A stretch of 59,907 nt of DNA from Clostridia bacterium (GTDB lineage: Bacteria; Bacillota; Clostridia; TANB77; CAG-508), in the NCBI GenBank assembly GCA_017530505.1, contig JAFXMI010000044.1, positions 1 through 59,907 of the forward strand, given 5' to 3'. Position numbers and translations under genes: made by a program. The stretch's first letter is position 1. The number at the start of each line of letters is the position of its first letter. The notes below the pieces were generated by a model. It did not search any database. It worked only from the letters and a program-made list of their open reading frames with translations, and was not told where the DNA came from. Below, piece by piece: positions 39,507 to 49,764 of this stretch.

Positions 39507-40638
39507 TAATGAATTGGATATTGATGGAAATGTTCAATCAGATGGAGACTTAAATATTGGTAATAATATTGAAAAGCAAGAAATAAATATACAAGTAAAT
39601 AATGGAATTTCAGAACAGCAGTTAAAAGAAGTTATTCATTCAGAAATAGAATTAGAATTAAAGAATCAACAAATTTTAGCTGAAGATAAAGCACGAGAAA
39701 AATTATTAAAGCTTTCGGAGTCAGTTTTGCCCAAATTAGTAAAAGCTGAAATGATAGATGCTTTTAGTGATCCTACAATTCAAATGTTTTATAGAGAAAC
39801 TCAGAAAACAGCAATTTGTAGTGAAAGAGAAATTGATTATTCTGTATTATCTGAACTATTAGTTTATAGAATTAATAATAAAGGCAATTTTGAAAAAAAG
39901 GCAAGTATAACGAAAGCTGTAGAAATTGTTGATAAAATATCTGATGATGCTTTAATAGCTCTTACAATTAAATATTGTCAAACTTTTTCACCTATTAGTG
40001 GCAATATTACAGAAGGATTAAATGCTTTGGAGGAAATGTATCAGAATATTTTAAAAGGTTTTACATTACCTGAAAATCAAAATTGGATTGATAATGCTGA
40101 AATATTAGGTGTTATTAGAATCGAAAGTTTATCTAATATGCTTAGGTTAGAAGATATTTATTATAAATCCTTAGTAGGATATGTTTCAAAGGGTATAGAG
40201 AAAGAATCCGAATTATATCAAGAAACTATAAACAAACTAAAATCAAATAATTTGCCTATAGATATCTTGGTAGATCATGAATTAAATCCAAATTATGTTA
40301 GATTAAACATAGTTAATAAAAATTTTATAAAAAATATTATGATTAGAACAATGAAGAATTGTGCTAATGGAAAAATGATTTTTGAAGATACAGAATTATC
40401 AAATAAACAGATTAATATTCTTGAGGAAATTTTTGAATCGTATATTAATGATAAGACTCTAGATAAAGAAATCAAAGATAATTTTATAAGAAAATTAAAC
40501 GCATATCCATATATAAGCAAGGTTTTAAAATGGTGGAATTCTAATACAAAACCAGCTATAATTCTAAATTCTACTGGTAGAGTTTTAGCACATACTAATG
40601 CAAAAAGATTATTTGATAAGATGCCAGATATGTTATAG
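39490..40638 (+). CDS. hypothetical protein, candidate accessory or defence gene of the R-M islet
   Basis: 382 aa from ATG 39490. The N-terminus repeats the DGNV/IGNN pattern of the preceding small protein (DIDGNVQSDGDLNIGNNI). No catalytic motif is recognised. Confidence 0.6.
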   Translation: MTKKINNELDIDGNVQSDGDLNIGNNIEKQEINIQVNNGISEQQLKEVIHSEIELELKNQQILAEDKAREKLLKLSESVLPKLVKAEMIDAFSDPTIQMFYRETQKTAICSEREIDYSVLSELLVYRINNKGNFEKKASITKAVEIVDKISDDALIALTIKYCQTFSPISGNITEGLNALEEMYQNILKGFTLPENQNWIDNAEILGVIRIESLSNMLRLEDIYYKSLVGYVSKGIEKESELYQETINKLKSNNLPIDILVDHELNPNYVRLNIVNKNFIKNIMIRTMKNCANGKMIFEDTELSNKQINILEEIFESYINDKTLDKEIKDNFIRKLNAYPYISKVLKWWNSNTKPAIILNSTGRVLAHTNAKRLFDKMPDML

Positions 40639-40761
40639 CTATAATTGATAATTATAGTATTGAATTATATTAATAGTTATGTTAAATTAATTATAAGTTA
40701 AATTGATAAAGAACATACATTGTTGGCGGGGACTAAATTTTCGCATATATATTTAGAAATC

Positions 40762-40901
40762 GCTCCATAATGCGTTTTCGTCGAACCACTTATAATGTAG
40801 CTGTATGTTGTGGAGTACTGTATGCTCCATAAATTGTAGAGCGAAAACTAAAGTGAAAATCATTTCACAATATATAAGTCGATTTAGTCGGCTTATTTTT
40901 T
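40762..40901 (+). repeat. copy B of the ~130-nt structured element
   Basis: It starts with the last 6 nt of a tRNA (GCTCCA) and the same 30-nt core as copy A. It has a diverged middle section (GGAGTA-CTGTA-TGCTCC hairpin, GTTTTCG/CGAAAAC pairing). It ends in the same terminator, ATAAGTCGATTTAGTCGGCTTAT plus T6. Confidence 0.7.
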
Positions 40902-41022
40902 ACTTATGATTTCCATAAGGTAGGAAAAATATATAATAATTTTAAAAAATATTGAATTTTAGTTTTTATATGTGTTATACTATTTTAAGAATATTATAAA
41001 AAAGTAAGAAAGAGGAAATATT

Positions 41023-42456
41023 ATGAAAAAATTAAGGAAAACTAAAATTGTTGGTACAATTGGGCCAGCTAGCGAAATTATTTTACCAGAATTATTTGAA
41101 GCTGGATTAGATGTTTGTAGAATTAATTATTCACATGGAAGTTATGATGAGCAAAAAGAAAAAACAGATAATATTATTAAACTAAGAGAAGAATTAGATT
41201 TACCTATCCCAATGATTCTTGATATGAGAGGACCTGAAATAAGAACTGGTATGTTATATACTGGTAAAAATGATAAGATTGAAATAAAGGATGGGCAAAC
41301 TTTTACATTAGTTAATGAAGATATTATTGGAAATGAGGAAAAAGTTTCAATAACTTATAAAGAATTATATAAAGATGTAGAGGCAGGAACAAAAATTTTA
41401 ATTGATGATGGTGCTATTGAATTATGTGTTAGAGAAATTGTTGGTAAAGATATTGTTTGTGATGTTATACATGGAAATAGATTAGGTAGTAGAAAAACAA
41501 TGAATTTACCAGGAACAATAATACGACTACCAGCATTAACTCAAAAAGATATTGATGATTTAAAAACAGCGTGTGATCATGATTATGATTTTGTAGCTGT
41601 TTCATTTGCTAGAAATTTAGATGATATTGCTCAAGTAAAAAAGATATTAGATGAATATGGTGGAAACGATATTCAAATTATTACTAAAATCGAAAATGTT
41701 GAAGGTTTATCTAATATGGAAGAAATTATTAAAACAGCTGATGCTCAAATGATAGCTCGTGGAGATATGGCTACTGAAACAGATTTTACTGAACCACCTA
41801 TTATGCAAAAAAAACTTATTAAGTTATCAAATAGAGTATTTAAACCTGCAATAACTGCAACTCAAATGCTAGAATCAATGATGACAAATCCTTTACCTAC
41901 TAGAGCAGAGGCTTCTGATGTTGCAAATGCTATTTATGATAGAACTAGTGCTATTATGCTTTCTGGGGAATGTGCTATGGGAAAATACCCATTAGAATGT
42001 GTTAAAACAATGGTCAAGATTTCTGAAAGGACAGAGCCAGAAATTAATTATTGGCAAAGATTTGATGAAAAGGATAAAATTATTTTAAATAATCTTGAAG
42101 ATAGTATATGTTATTCTACGTGTATTATTGCAAAAAATACAAATGCAGATGCAATTGTTTGTTATACCTATACTGGAGATTCAGCCAGAAGATTATCAGG
42201 AATGGGAGCTGGTTGCCCTATATTAGCTGTTACAGATAATAAAAGGACCTTCCATCAATTAGGATTAGCTTGGAATGTTTATCCTGTTTATATTGAATCT
42301 TGCGATACAATAGATAAAACTGTTGAAGTTGGGATTGAAAAATTAAAGAAAAAAGGAATATTAGAACTTGGAGACAAGGTTGTTTTAGCAGGTGGAAAAA
42401 GTTATGTAAATGGAGTAAAGACAAGCAAAATAATTGGTGGATATATAGAAATATAA
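41023..42456 (+). CDS. pyk: pyruvate kinase
   Basis: KIVGTIGPAS is at the N-terminus. The MIARGDM and ATQMLESM blocks are present. Confidence 0.9.
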   Translation: MKKLRKTKIVGTIGPASEIILPELFEAGLDVCRINYSHGSYDEQKEKTDNIIKLREELDLPIPMILDMRGPEIRTGMLYTGKNDKIEIKDGQTFTLVNEDIIGNEEKVSITYKELYKDVEAGTKILIDDGAIELCVREIVGKDIVCDVIHGNRLGSRKTMNLPGTIIRLPALTQKDIDDLKTACDHDYDFVAVSFARNLDDIAQVKKILDEYGGNDIQIITKIENVEGLSNMEEIIKTADAQMIARGDMATETDFTEPPIMQKKLIKLSNRVFKPAITATQMLESMMTNPLPTRAEASDVANAIYDRTSAIMLSGECAMGKYPLECVKTMVKISERTEPEINYWQRFDEKDKIILNNLEDSICYSTCIIAKNTNADAIVCYTYTGDSARRLSGMGAGCPILAVTDNKRTFHQLGLAWNVYPVYIESCDTIDKTVEVGIEKLKKKGILELGDKVVLAGGKSYVNGVKTSKIIGGYIEI

Positions 42457-42463
42457 AAAAAAA

Positions 42464-42524
42464 ATAGGTAGTTTTATAAAACTTTAATAAATCTATAAGT
42501 TATAGTAAAACTACCTATTTTTTA
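42464..42524. terminator. bidirectional terminator-like hairpin between pyk and the convergent J-domain gene
   Basis: ATAGGTAGTTTTA (42464-42476) pairs with TAAAACTACCTAT (42506-42518). The hairpin is flanked by an A8 run upstream and a T6 run downstream. The loop is long (~29 nt). Confidence 0.5.
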
Positions 42525-43102
42525 TAAAAATAATAATTATTATCAAAAGTTTTATTATAATAAGTTCTATTATTTTCATTAATTATATTTTCTTCTATTT
42601 GGTTTACTATTTTTTGTTTTTCTTGAATATAATAATGATAATTAATATAGTCTACTAATGTAAGAATAAATACAAAAATTGAAAAAAATAAAATATATAA
42701 AAATAGCTTTAGCTTAGAATGTAATAAAAGCTTTTCTGTTTTTTTCTCAACATAATTATGGATATTTTTTTTAATTTTATTTTCAAAAGTATCATTTGAA
42801 AAATCAGCAAAACTAGTTTCATTGTTAAAATTTTTTTGTGAATCATAAACACTATTATCACTATTATATTGTTTGTTATTTTCGTTAATTTGTTCTTCTA
42901 AACTTAAATCGTAGATTCTTTTTTTTTCTGGATCTGATAAAATTTCATAAGCTTCATTTAAATTTCTAGTAATTGTTTCTGCTTTTATTTTATTACCAGG
43001 GTACAAATCTGGATGATATCTCTTAATAAGCTTTTTATAAGAAGTTTTTATTTCTTGAGGTGAAGCGTTTTTATTTATTTTTAATATATCGTAATAATTC
43101 AT
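42515..43102 (-). CDS. J-domain (DnaJ-like) membrane protein
   Basis: The N-terminus reads YYDILKINKNASPQEIKTSYKKLIKRYHPD (HPD motif). A single TM helix lies near the C-terminal third. Confidence 0.75.
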   Translation of the reverse strand: MNYYDILKINKNASPQEIKTSYKKLIKRYHPDLYPGNKIKAETITRNLNEAYEILSDPEKKRIYDLSLEEQINENNKQYNSDNSVYDSQKNFNNETSFADFSNDTFENKIKKNIHNYVEKKTEKLLLHSKLKLFLYILFFSIFVFILTLVDYINYHYYIQEKQKIVNQIEENIINENNRTYYNKTFDNNYYFYKK

Positions 43103-43272
43103 TTACAATCTCCAAATTATTTATATATAATAATTATATAAGAAAAGAATATAAAAAACAATGCTTAAATCTTGAAAAAACTCGAAAAATAATATAAAAT
43201 GTAGATTAACTTGGAGAAGATTATTTTAAGAATATTATATAGAAAAAAATATTTGTATATGGAGGCTTTAAA

Positions 43273-44667
43273 ATGACAGAACAAGAAGACTTTATTAATA
43301 AAGTAAAAAATAGATTTAATAATATTAGAAATCATAAATTTTATATTTATACAATGGGATGCGAGCTAAATGAAAATGATTCAGAAAAAATTTCTGGAAT
43401 GCTTACTAAAATGGGTTATTTAGAAACTGATAATAAAGAAGATGCTGATATTATTATTTTTAATACTTGTTGTGTTAGAGATAATGAGGAGGATAGGTTA
43501 TTTGGAAAAATTGGAGACATTAAAAAAATAAAAAAAGATAAAGATGTGATTTTAGCTATTGGTGGATGTATGATGCAAGAAAAAGCTATGTTACAAAAAA
43601 TAAAAAATAGCTATAACTATGTAGATATTATTTTTGGAACGCATACAATGCAAAAACTACCAGAATACATTTTTAGAGTTTTAGAAGAAAAGGTAAAGGT
43701 TAAAGATGTAATTGATATTGATGGGAAAATATATGAAGGTATTCCAATAAAAAGAAAAGATAAGTATAGAGCTTCTGTTGCTATTACTTATGGGTGTAAC
43801 AATTTTTGTACTTTTTGTATAGTTCCTTATGTAAGAGGAAGGGAAAGAGATAGAAATCCTGAAAAAATTATTGATGAGGTAAAATCTTTAGCTAAAGATG
43901 GATATAAAGAAATTACTTTGCTAGGGCAAAATGTAAATTCTTATATGAATCATTATAATACTGATAAATCTAAATTTGGAAAGATAAATTCTTTTGCTAC
44001 ATTATTAGATGAGATTTGTAAGATAGATGGAATCGAAAGAGTTAAATTTCTATCTCCACATCCTAAAGATTTTACAGATGATGTAATTGATGTTATTGCT
44101 AAAAATGACAAAGTTTCTAGACTTATACACATGCCACTTCAGTCTGGAAACACAAAAGTATTAAAGGAAATGAATAGAAAATATACAAAAGAAAATTATT
44201 TAGAATTAATAGATAAAATGAAAAACAAAATACCAAATTCAGAGTTTTCAACAGATATAATTGTTGGTTTTCCAGGCGAAACTGAAGAAGAGTTTGAAGA
44301 TACATTAGATGTTGTTAGAAAAGTTAATTTTGAACAAATATTTATGTTTATTTATTCCCCTAGACAAGGTACAGTTGCTGCCAAAAGAGATGATCAAATT
44401 CCTGGAAATATTAAACATATTAGATTTAATAAATTAAAAGAATTATATGAATCACAAATAGATGAAAATAATAAAAAATACATAGGAACTAAACAAAAAA
44501 TATTAATTGAAGGACTTAGTAAAAATAATAAAAATATGTTTACAGGAAGAACTAATACAAATAAAGTTGTTATTTTTGAAAAAAAAGAAGGACTAACTAT
44601 TGGAGAAAGTGTTGCCGTAAAAATTACAGAAGCACATAAATGGTTTTTAAAGGGAACTATTTTATAA
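43273..44667 (+). CDS. miaB: tRNA-2-methylthio-N6-dimethylallyladenosine synthase
   Basis: The UPF0004 N-domain Cys residues, the radical-SAM motif CNNFCTFC and a C-terminal TRAM domain are present. Confidence 0.85.
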   Translation: MTEQEDFINKVKNRFNNIRNHKFYIYTMGCELNENDSEKISGMLTKMGYLETDNKEDADIIIFNTCCVRDNEEDRLFGKIGDIKKIKKDKDVILAIGGCMMQEKAMLQKIKNSYNYVDIIFGTHTMQKLPEYIFRVLEEKVKVKDVIDIDGKIYEGIPIKRKDKYRASVAITYGCNNFCTFCIVPYVRGRERDRNPEKIIDEVKSLAKDGYKEITLLGQNVNSYMNHYNTDKSKFGKINSFATLLDEICKIDGIERVKFLSPHPKDFTDDVIDVIAKNDKVSRLIHMPLQSGNTKVLKEMNRKYTKENYLELIDKMKNKIPNSEFSTDIIVGFPGETEEEFEDTLDVVRKVNFEQIFMFIYSPRQGTVAAKRDDQIPGNIKHIRFNKLKELYESQIDENNKKYIGTKQKILIEGLSKNNKNMFTGRTNTNKVVIFEKKEGLTIGESVAVKITEAHKWFLKGTIL

Positions 44668-44706
44668 AATAAGATTATAAAGAATAATAAGAGAGGTTAT
44701 AAATAT

Positions 44707-47316
44707 ATGTCAGAGCTTTCACCCATGATGCAAAATTATATGAGAACAAAAGAAGACTATAGGGATTGTATACTGTTTTATAGATTAGGTGATTTTTATG
44801 AAATGTTTTTTGAAGATGCAATTACTGCATCTCGTGAATTAGAGATAACTTTAACAGGAAAAGCATGTGGGTTAGAAGAAAGGGCTCCTATGTGTGGAGT
44901 ACCATACCATGCTGCAAATATTTATATTTCTAAATTGATATCAAAAGGATATAAAGTTGCAATTTGTGAACAATTAGAAGATCCTAAAAAAACAAAAGGA
45001 ATTGTAAAAAGGGGAGTTATTAGAGTTGTAACGCCTGGTACTATTATTGAAACAAATATGTTAGAAGAAAAAAAGAATAATTATATTATGAGTATTGTAA
45101 AAAAAGGTATTTATTATGGTCTTGCAGTTTGTGATATAAGTACAGGAGATTTTTATTCTACAGAGATTAAATTTTCAGAAAATAATTTCGAAAAGTTATT
45201 AGATGAATATGCTAGATTTTCTCCTTCTGAAATTGTTATCAATTCTGAGATGTCTGTAAGAGAAGCAGAATTAAAAATAATACAAGATAGATGGAATACT
45301 TTTATAACAATTAGAGATAATGATTTTTTTATAGAAGATTATAATATTTTTGAAAATCTATATACATTAGTAGATGAAAATGATAATGAGTATCAAAATA
45401 TTAAGAAAAAATCTTTTTTAGTTCAAGCAATTAATGGATTATTAAACTATTTTAATGAAACCCAAAAGATTAAATTAGAACATATTAATAAAATAAAAGT
45501 ATATGAAGTTCAAAAATTTATGGCATTAGATATTAGTGCTAGACGAAGCTTAGAGCTAATTGAACGCATGTCAGATAAATCAAAAAAAGGGACTTTAATT
45601 TGGGTTTTAGATAAAACTTCTACTTCTATGGGTGGAAGACTATTAAGACGTTGGATTAGTGATCCTTTGTTAGATGTTGATGAAATAAATAAAAGATTAG
45701 ATAGTGTTGAAGAATTTAAAGATAATTTAATTCTTAAAGGTGAGACAATTGAAGTTTTAAGAAGTGTTTATGATATAGAAAGATTATCTGGAAGAATTTC
45801 TTATGGAAATGCAAATGCTAGAGATTTAATCTCTTTAAAAAATTCAATTAGGAATTTACCAAAATTGAAAGCACTTTTAAAGGAAACAAAATCTATGTTG
45901 CTTCAAGAAGCTTATGAGAAATTAGATGTTTTGGATGATATAGAAGAATTAATAGATAATGCAATTGAGGAAGAACCACCTGTAACAATCAAAGAAGGTG
46001 GAATTATAAAAAAAGGATATAATAAAGAAATAGATGAATATAGGTCAGCTTCTACTGATGGAAAGTCTTGGATAATCGAGCTTGAAAGAAAAGAAAGAGA
46101 ACAAACAAAAATTAGAAATTTAAAAGTTGGATATACAAAAGTATTTGGATATTATATAGAAGTTACTAAATCTTTTTTTAATTTAGTTCCAAATAGATAC
46201 ATAAGAAAGCAAACTTTGACAGGCGCAGAAAGATATACAACAGAAGAGTTAATAGAGTTAGAAGCAAAAATATTAGGAGCAGAAGAACGTGCAATAGAAC
46301 TAGAATATAATGAATTTACAAAAATTAGAGATTTTATTGGTAAGAATATTGAGAGACTGCAGCAAACTGCAGGTATTGTCTCTAAAATAGATGTACTTTC
46401 TAATTTTGCTACTGTTGCAGAGGATAATTCATACATTAGACCAGAAGTTGATGATGGTGAGGAAATAAATATAATAAATGGTAGACATCCAGCAGTTGAA
46501 AAAGTATTATCAAATGGAGAATTTATTCAAAACGATACAAAATTAGATTCAAATACTAATAGAGTTTTAATTATAACGGGTCCAAATATGGCAGGAAAAT
46601 CGACATATATGCGTCAAACAGCAATTATTACTTTAATGGCACAGATTGGATGTTTTGTTCCAGCTGATTATGCTAAAATAGGAATTGTTGATAAAATTTT
46701 TACAAGAGTTGGGGCTTCTGATGATTTAAGCATGGGACAAAGTACTTTTATGGTTGAGATGACAGAGGTAGCGAATATTTTAAAAAATGCTACTTCAAAA
46801 AGTTTAGTAATACTTGATGAAATTGGAAGAGGAACATCTACTTATGATGGACTTTCTATAGCTTGGGCTGTTGCTGAATATATAGCAGATAAAGAAAAAA
46901 TAGGATGCAAAACTTTATTTGCTACACACTATCATGAACTTATAGGATTAGAAGAAAAAATTGATGGAATAAAAAATTATTCAGTTGCCGTTAAAGAAAA
47001 AGGAGAAGATGTAATTTTTTTAAGAAAAATTATTGAAGGTGGAACAGATGAAAGTTACGGAATTCACGTTGCAAAACTTGCAGGCGTTCCAAAGCAAGTT
47101 GTAACTAGAGCTAATAAAATATTGAATTCTTTAGAAAAAAACGGTGTAAAAATAAAAGAAGAAAAAGAAAGTAAGAAACAGGTTGAAGGTCAAATGGATT
47201 TATTTAATTTGAAACTTTCAGATATTGCTTCTGAACTTGATAAATTTAATGTTAATGAGCTTACACCAATTGATGCACTAAATATTTTAGTTAAATTGAA
47301 GGAAATGATGAAATAG
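44707..47316 (+). CDS. mutS: DNA mismatch repair protein MutS
   Basis: The N-terminal mismatch-binding region reads TPMMQNY..LFYRLGDFYEMF. Walker A GPNMAGKST, ILDEIGRGTST and the THYHEL block are present. Confidence 0.95.
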   Translation: MSELSPMMQNYMRTKEDYRDCILFYRLGDFYEMFFEDAITASRELEITLTGKACGLEERAPMCGVPYHAANIYISKLISKGYKVAICEQLEDPKKTKGIVKRGVIRVVTPGTIIETNMLEEKKNNYIMSIVKKGIYYGLAVCDISTGDFYSTEIKFSENNFEKLLDEYARFSPSEIVINSEMSVREAELKIIQDRWNTFITIRDNDFFIEDYNIFENLYTLVDENDNEYQNIKKKSFLVQAINGLLNYFNETQKIKLEHINKIKVYEVQKFMALDISARRSLELIERMSDKSKKGTLIWVLDKTSTSMGGRLLRRWISDPLLDVDEINKRLDSVEEFKDNLILKGETIEVLRSVYDIERLSGRISYGNANARDLISLKNSIRNLPKLKALLKETKSMLLQEAYEKLDVLDDIEELIDNAIEEEPPVTIKEGGIIKKGYNKEIDEYRSASTDGKSWIIELERKEREQTKIRNLKVGYTKVFGYYIEVTKSFFNLVPNRYIRKQTLTGAERYTTEELIELEAKILGAEERAIELEYNEFTKIRDFIGKNIERLQQTAGIVSKIDVLSNFATVAEDNSYIRPEVDDGEEINIINGRHPAVEKVLSNGEFIQNDTKLDSNTNRVLIITGPNMAGKSTYMRQTAIITLMAQIGCFVPADYAKIGIVDKIFTRVGASDDLSMGQSTFMVEMTEVANILKNATSKSLVILDEIGRGTSTYDGLSIAWAVAEYIADKEKIGCKTLFATHYHELIGLEEKIDGIKNYSVAVKEKGEDVIFLRKIIEGGTDESYGIHVAKLAGVPKQVVTRANKILNSLEKNGVKIKEEKESKKQVEGQMDLFNLKLSDIASELDKFNVNELTPIDALNILVKLKEMMK

Positions 47317-47573
47317 AATGTATGTAGATATTAAAATTGAATAAAAAGATTAAACGAAGGATGATAAAAGTAAATAGAAGATTTGGCTTAAATAATGCAG
47401 ATTATAAATTAATATATATTAGAGTATAATGAGTCTTATACAGAAAAAGAAATTTATTAATAAATAAAGTATTGTATAATATATTATTAATTGATATAAT
47501 AATTAAAATTCATATATAGAAATAATTTAGTTATTATATATAATTTAGTATTGAAATAGAAAGGAATATAATA

Positions 47574-48734
47574 ATGAATAATAAAATAGTGCCAGTGACA
47601 ATTTTAACAGGTTATTTAGGTGCAGGTAAAACAACTTTAATTAACCATGTTTTAAATAATCAAGAAGGTTATAGAGTTGCAGTAATTGTAAACGATATTG
47701 GAGAAGTAAATATTGATGCAACTTTAATTCAAAAGGGTGGGGTAGTTAATCAACAGGATGACAGTTTAGTTCCTTTATCTAATGGATGTATTTGTTGTAC
47801 TTTAAAAGTTGATTTAATGAAACAAATTGTTGAAATTATTAAAAGTGGAAAATTTGATTATATTTTAATTGAAGCAAGTGGTATATGCGAACCATTACCA
47901 ATAGTACAAACATTAACAGTATTATCTGACGAAACTGGAAGTTATGGAATACCAAAAATGAGCAGGTTAGATAATGTAGTTACTGTTGTTGATGCTTTAC
48001 GTTTGGCAACTGAATTTGAATGTGGAGAAGATTTAACAAAGGATAGTATTGAAGAAGAAGATATAGAGAACCTTTTAATACAGCAAATAGAATTTTGTAA
48101 CACAATCGTTTTAAATAAGGTAGATGAAATTAGTCAAGAAGAATTGAATAAAGTAAAAAAAATAATTAGAGTTCTTCAACCAAAAGCGAGAATAATAGAA
48201 ACTAATTATGGAAAAGTTGAAGTGAAGGATATTATTAATTCAAATGCTTTTAATTTAGAAGAAGCCTGTGCTTCTGCTGGTTGGGCTCAAGAACTAGAAA
48301 AAGAAGTTGATGAAGAAGATCATGAACATAATAATCATCATCATGAAGATGAAGGTGAATTGGAAGAATATGGAATAGGAACTTTTGTATATTTCAGAAG
48401 AAAACCATTTAACAGAGCAAGATTTGAAGATTTTGCAAATAGATTTCCTAAAGAAGTTATTAGATGTAAAGGTTTAATTTGGTTTTCAGATACCTATAAT
48501 GAAAGCTATATTTTTGAGCAAGCAGGAAAACAAATTCAAGCTAGTTATAGTGGTGATTGGATTGCATCAGCTCCAAAAAATGAATTAGATCAAATTATTA
48601 AAGAAAACCCTGAAGTACTTAGAGAATGGGATAGTGACGTTGGAGACAGAATGATAAAATTAGTTTTTATAGGTCAAAATATGAACAAAAAAGAGATTAT
48701 TGATAAACTTGATCAGTGTATAGAAATTAAATAA
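47574..48734 (+). CDS. CobW/YjiA/ZigA-like G3E-family GTPase (putative metallochaperone)
   Basis: The P-loop GYLGAGKTT, the metal motif CICC and a His-rich linker EEDHEHNNHHHEDEGE are present, followed by a CobW C-terminal domain. Confidence 0.8.
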   Translation: MNNKIVPVTILTGYLGAGKTTLINHVLNNQEGYRVAVIVNDIGEVNIDATLIQKGGVVNQQDDSLVPLSNGCICCTLKVDLMKQIVEIIKSGKFDYILIEASGICEPLPIVQTLTVLSDETGSYGIPKMSRLDNVVTVVDALRLATEFECGEDLTKDSIEEEDIENLLIQQIEFCNTIVLNKVDEISQEELNKVKKIIRVLQPKARIIETNYGKVEVKDIINSNAFNLEEACASAGWAQELEKEVDEEDHEHNNHHHEDEGELEEYGIGTFVYFRRKPFNRARFEDFANRFPKEVIRCKGLIWFSDTYNESYIFEQAGKQIQASYSGDWIASAPKNELDQIIKENPEVLREWDSDVGDRMIKLVFIGQNMNKKEIIDKLDQCIEIK

Positions 48735-48751
48735 GGATGGATAAATTTTAA

Positions 48752-49747
48752 ATGAAGAATACTAATAAAGATGATAAAATTAATGAAAAAAGTAAAAATT
48801 CAATAAACGTTAATGTTGGAAATTTTTTACTTGCTATTTTGGTTATTTTGATTGTATCTACAGGTTCACTTGTATATTACATGATTGCTACTGCAAGACG
48901 TGATGCTTATCAATATACTAGTATTATGCAAAATATTGTTGAAAATCAAACAAATGAAAATGTTGATACAATAAAAAATATAATAGATTCAACAATAAAT
49001 ACTGTATCATCTAGTAGTACTACAGTAAAAGAAACAAATACTATAGATTCAGTTGATGTTAATAATAGAAAAGTAATGAATGAAAATTTAATTGTATTAT
49101 ATAATGGACTAATTTTAGATACTAGTAAAATGGAAAGAACAGAATTAAAATACATAGATAATTCTGATAAATATAAAGACAAATATATTATAACTTATTA
49201 TAATTATGATAGTTTTAGTTATAAAGATTCTAAATTAGGAACAATATCTTCTCAGGTTTATGATGGATTAGTTAAGATAGAAAATGTTGGAAAAGTGGCT
49301 ATTTCAGAAAGTTATAATGCAATTCCGAGAGAAATAAAAGTTGTAAATGCTATTCCAACTCTTGTATCTGATAAGAATTCTAAAATTGGTGATTATGATT
49401 CTACAAAAGCAATAATTACTGATTTAGATGGAAATGGAACAGAAGAATATATTTTAATATTAGCAAATAAGAAAACAGGATATTCAAAAATAGCTTTAAT
49501 GGATTCTACAGGTACTAAAGTATCTGATTTAGCTTATATAGAAAAGAGTAAATGGGAATCTGTTACAACAGAAGAGTATCATTTAAGTTTAAGTAATGTT
49601 GAAGTAATAGATGTTGATAATGATGGAATAATGGAAATTTTAGTTGAGATTCCTAGATATGAAGGAGACTCTAGTGTAAGCTTATTAAAATATAAAAATG
49701 GTGAGCTTTTTGGAGATACAAATATAGAATGTTCATTATTACCATAA
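48752..49747 (+). CDS. membrane-anchored hypothetical protein with FG-GAP/VCBS-like DxDxDG loops
   Basis: 331-aa ORF with an N-terminal TM helix. TDLDGNGTEEYILIL and IDVDNDGIMEILVEI resemble Ca-binding FG-GAP repeats. Confidence 0.55.
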   Translation: MKNTNKDDKINEKSKNSINVNVGNFLLAILVILIVSTGSLVYYMIATARRDAYQYTSIMQNIVENQTNENVDTIKNIIDSTINTVSSSSTTVKETNTIDSVDVNNRKVMNENLIVLYNGLILDTSKMERTELKYIDNSDKYKDKYIITYYNYDSFSYKDSKLGTISSQVYDGLVKIENVGKVAISESYNAIPREIKVVNAIPTLVSDKNSKIGDYDSTKAIITDLDGNGTEEYILILANKKTGYSKIALMDSTGTKVSDLAYIEKSKWESVTTEEYHLSLSNVEVIDVDNDGIMEILVEIPRYEGDSSVSLLKYKNGELFGDTNIECSLLP

Positions 49748-49764
49748 AAAGTTGTAAATCTTTT

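Noticed and set aside
47317-47573. A Zur/Fur-type operator upstream of the CobW-like GTPase
   Set aside because: The region is almost pure A/T with several weak palindromes. None stands out from background or matches a Zur-box-like AAATCGTAAT-N-ATTACGATTT pattern.
47317-47573. Absence of mutL after mutS as a sign of rearrangement
   Set aside because: mutS-mutL adjacency is common but not universal, and mutL may lie elsewhere. Nothing in the sequence, such as a repeat or gene fragment, marks a breakpoint.
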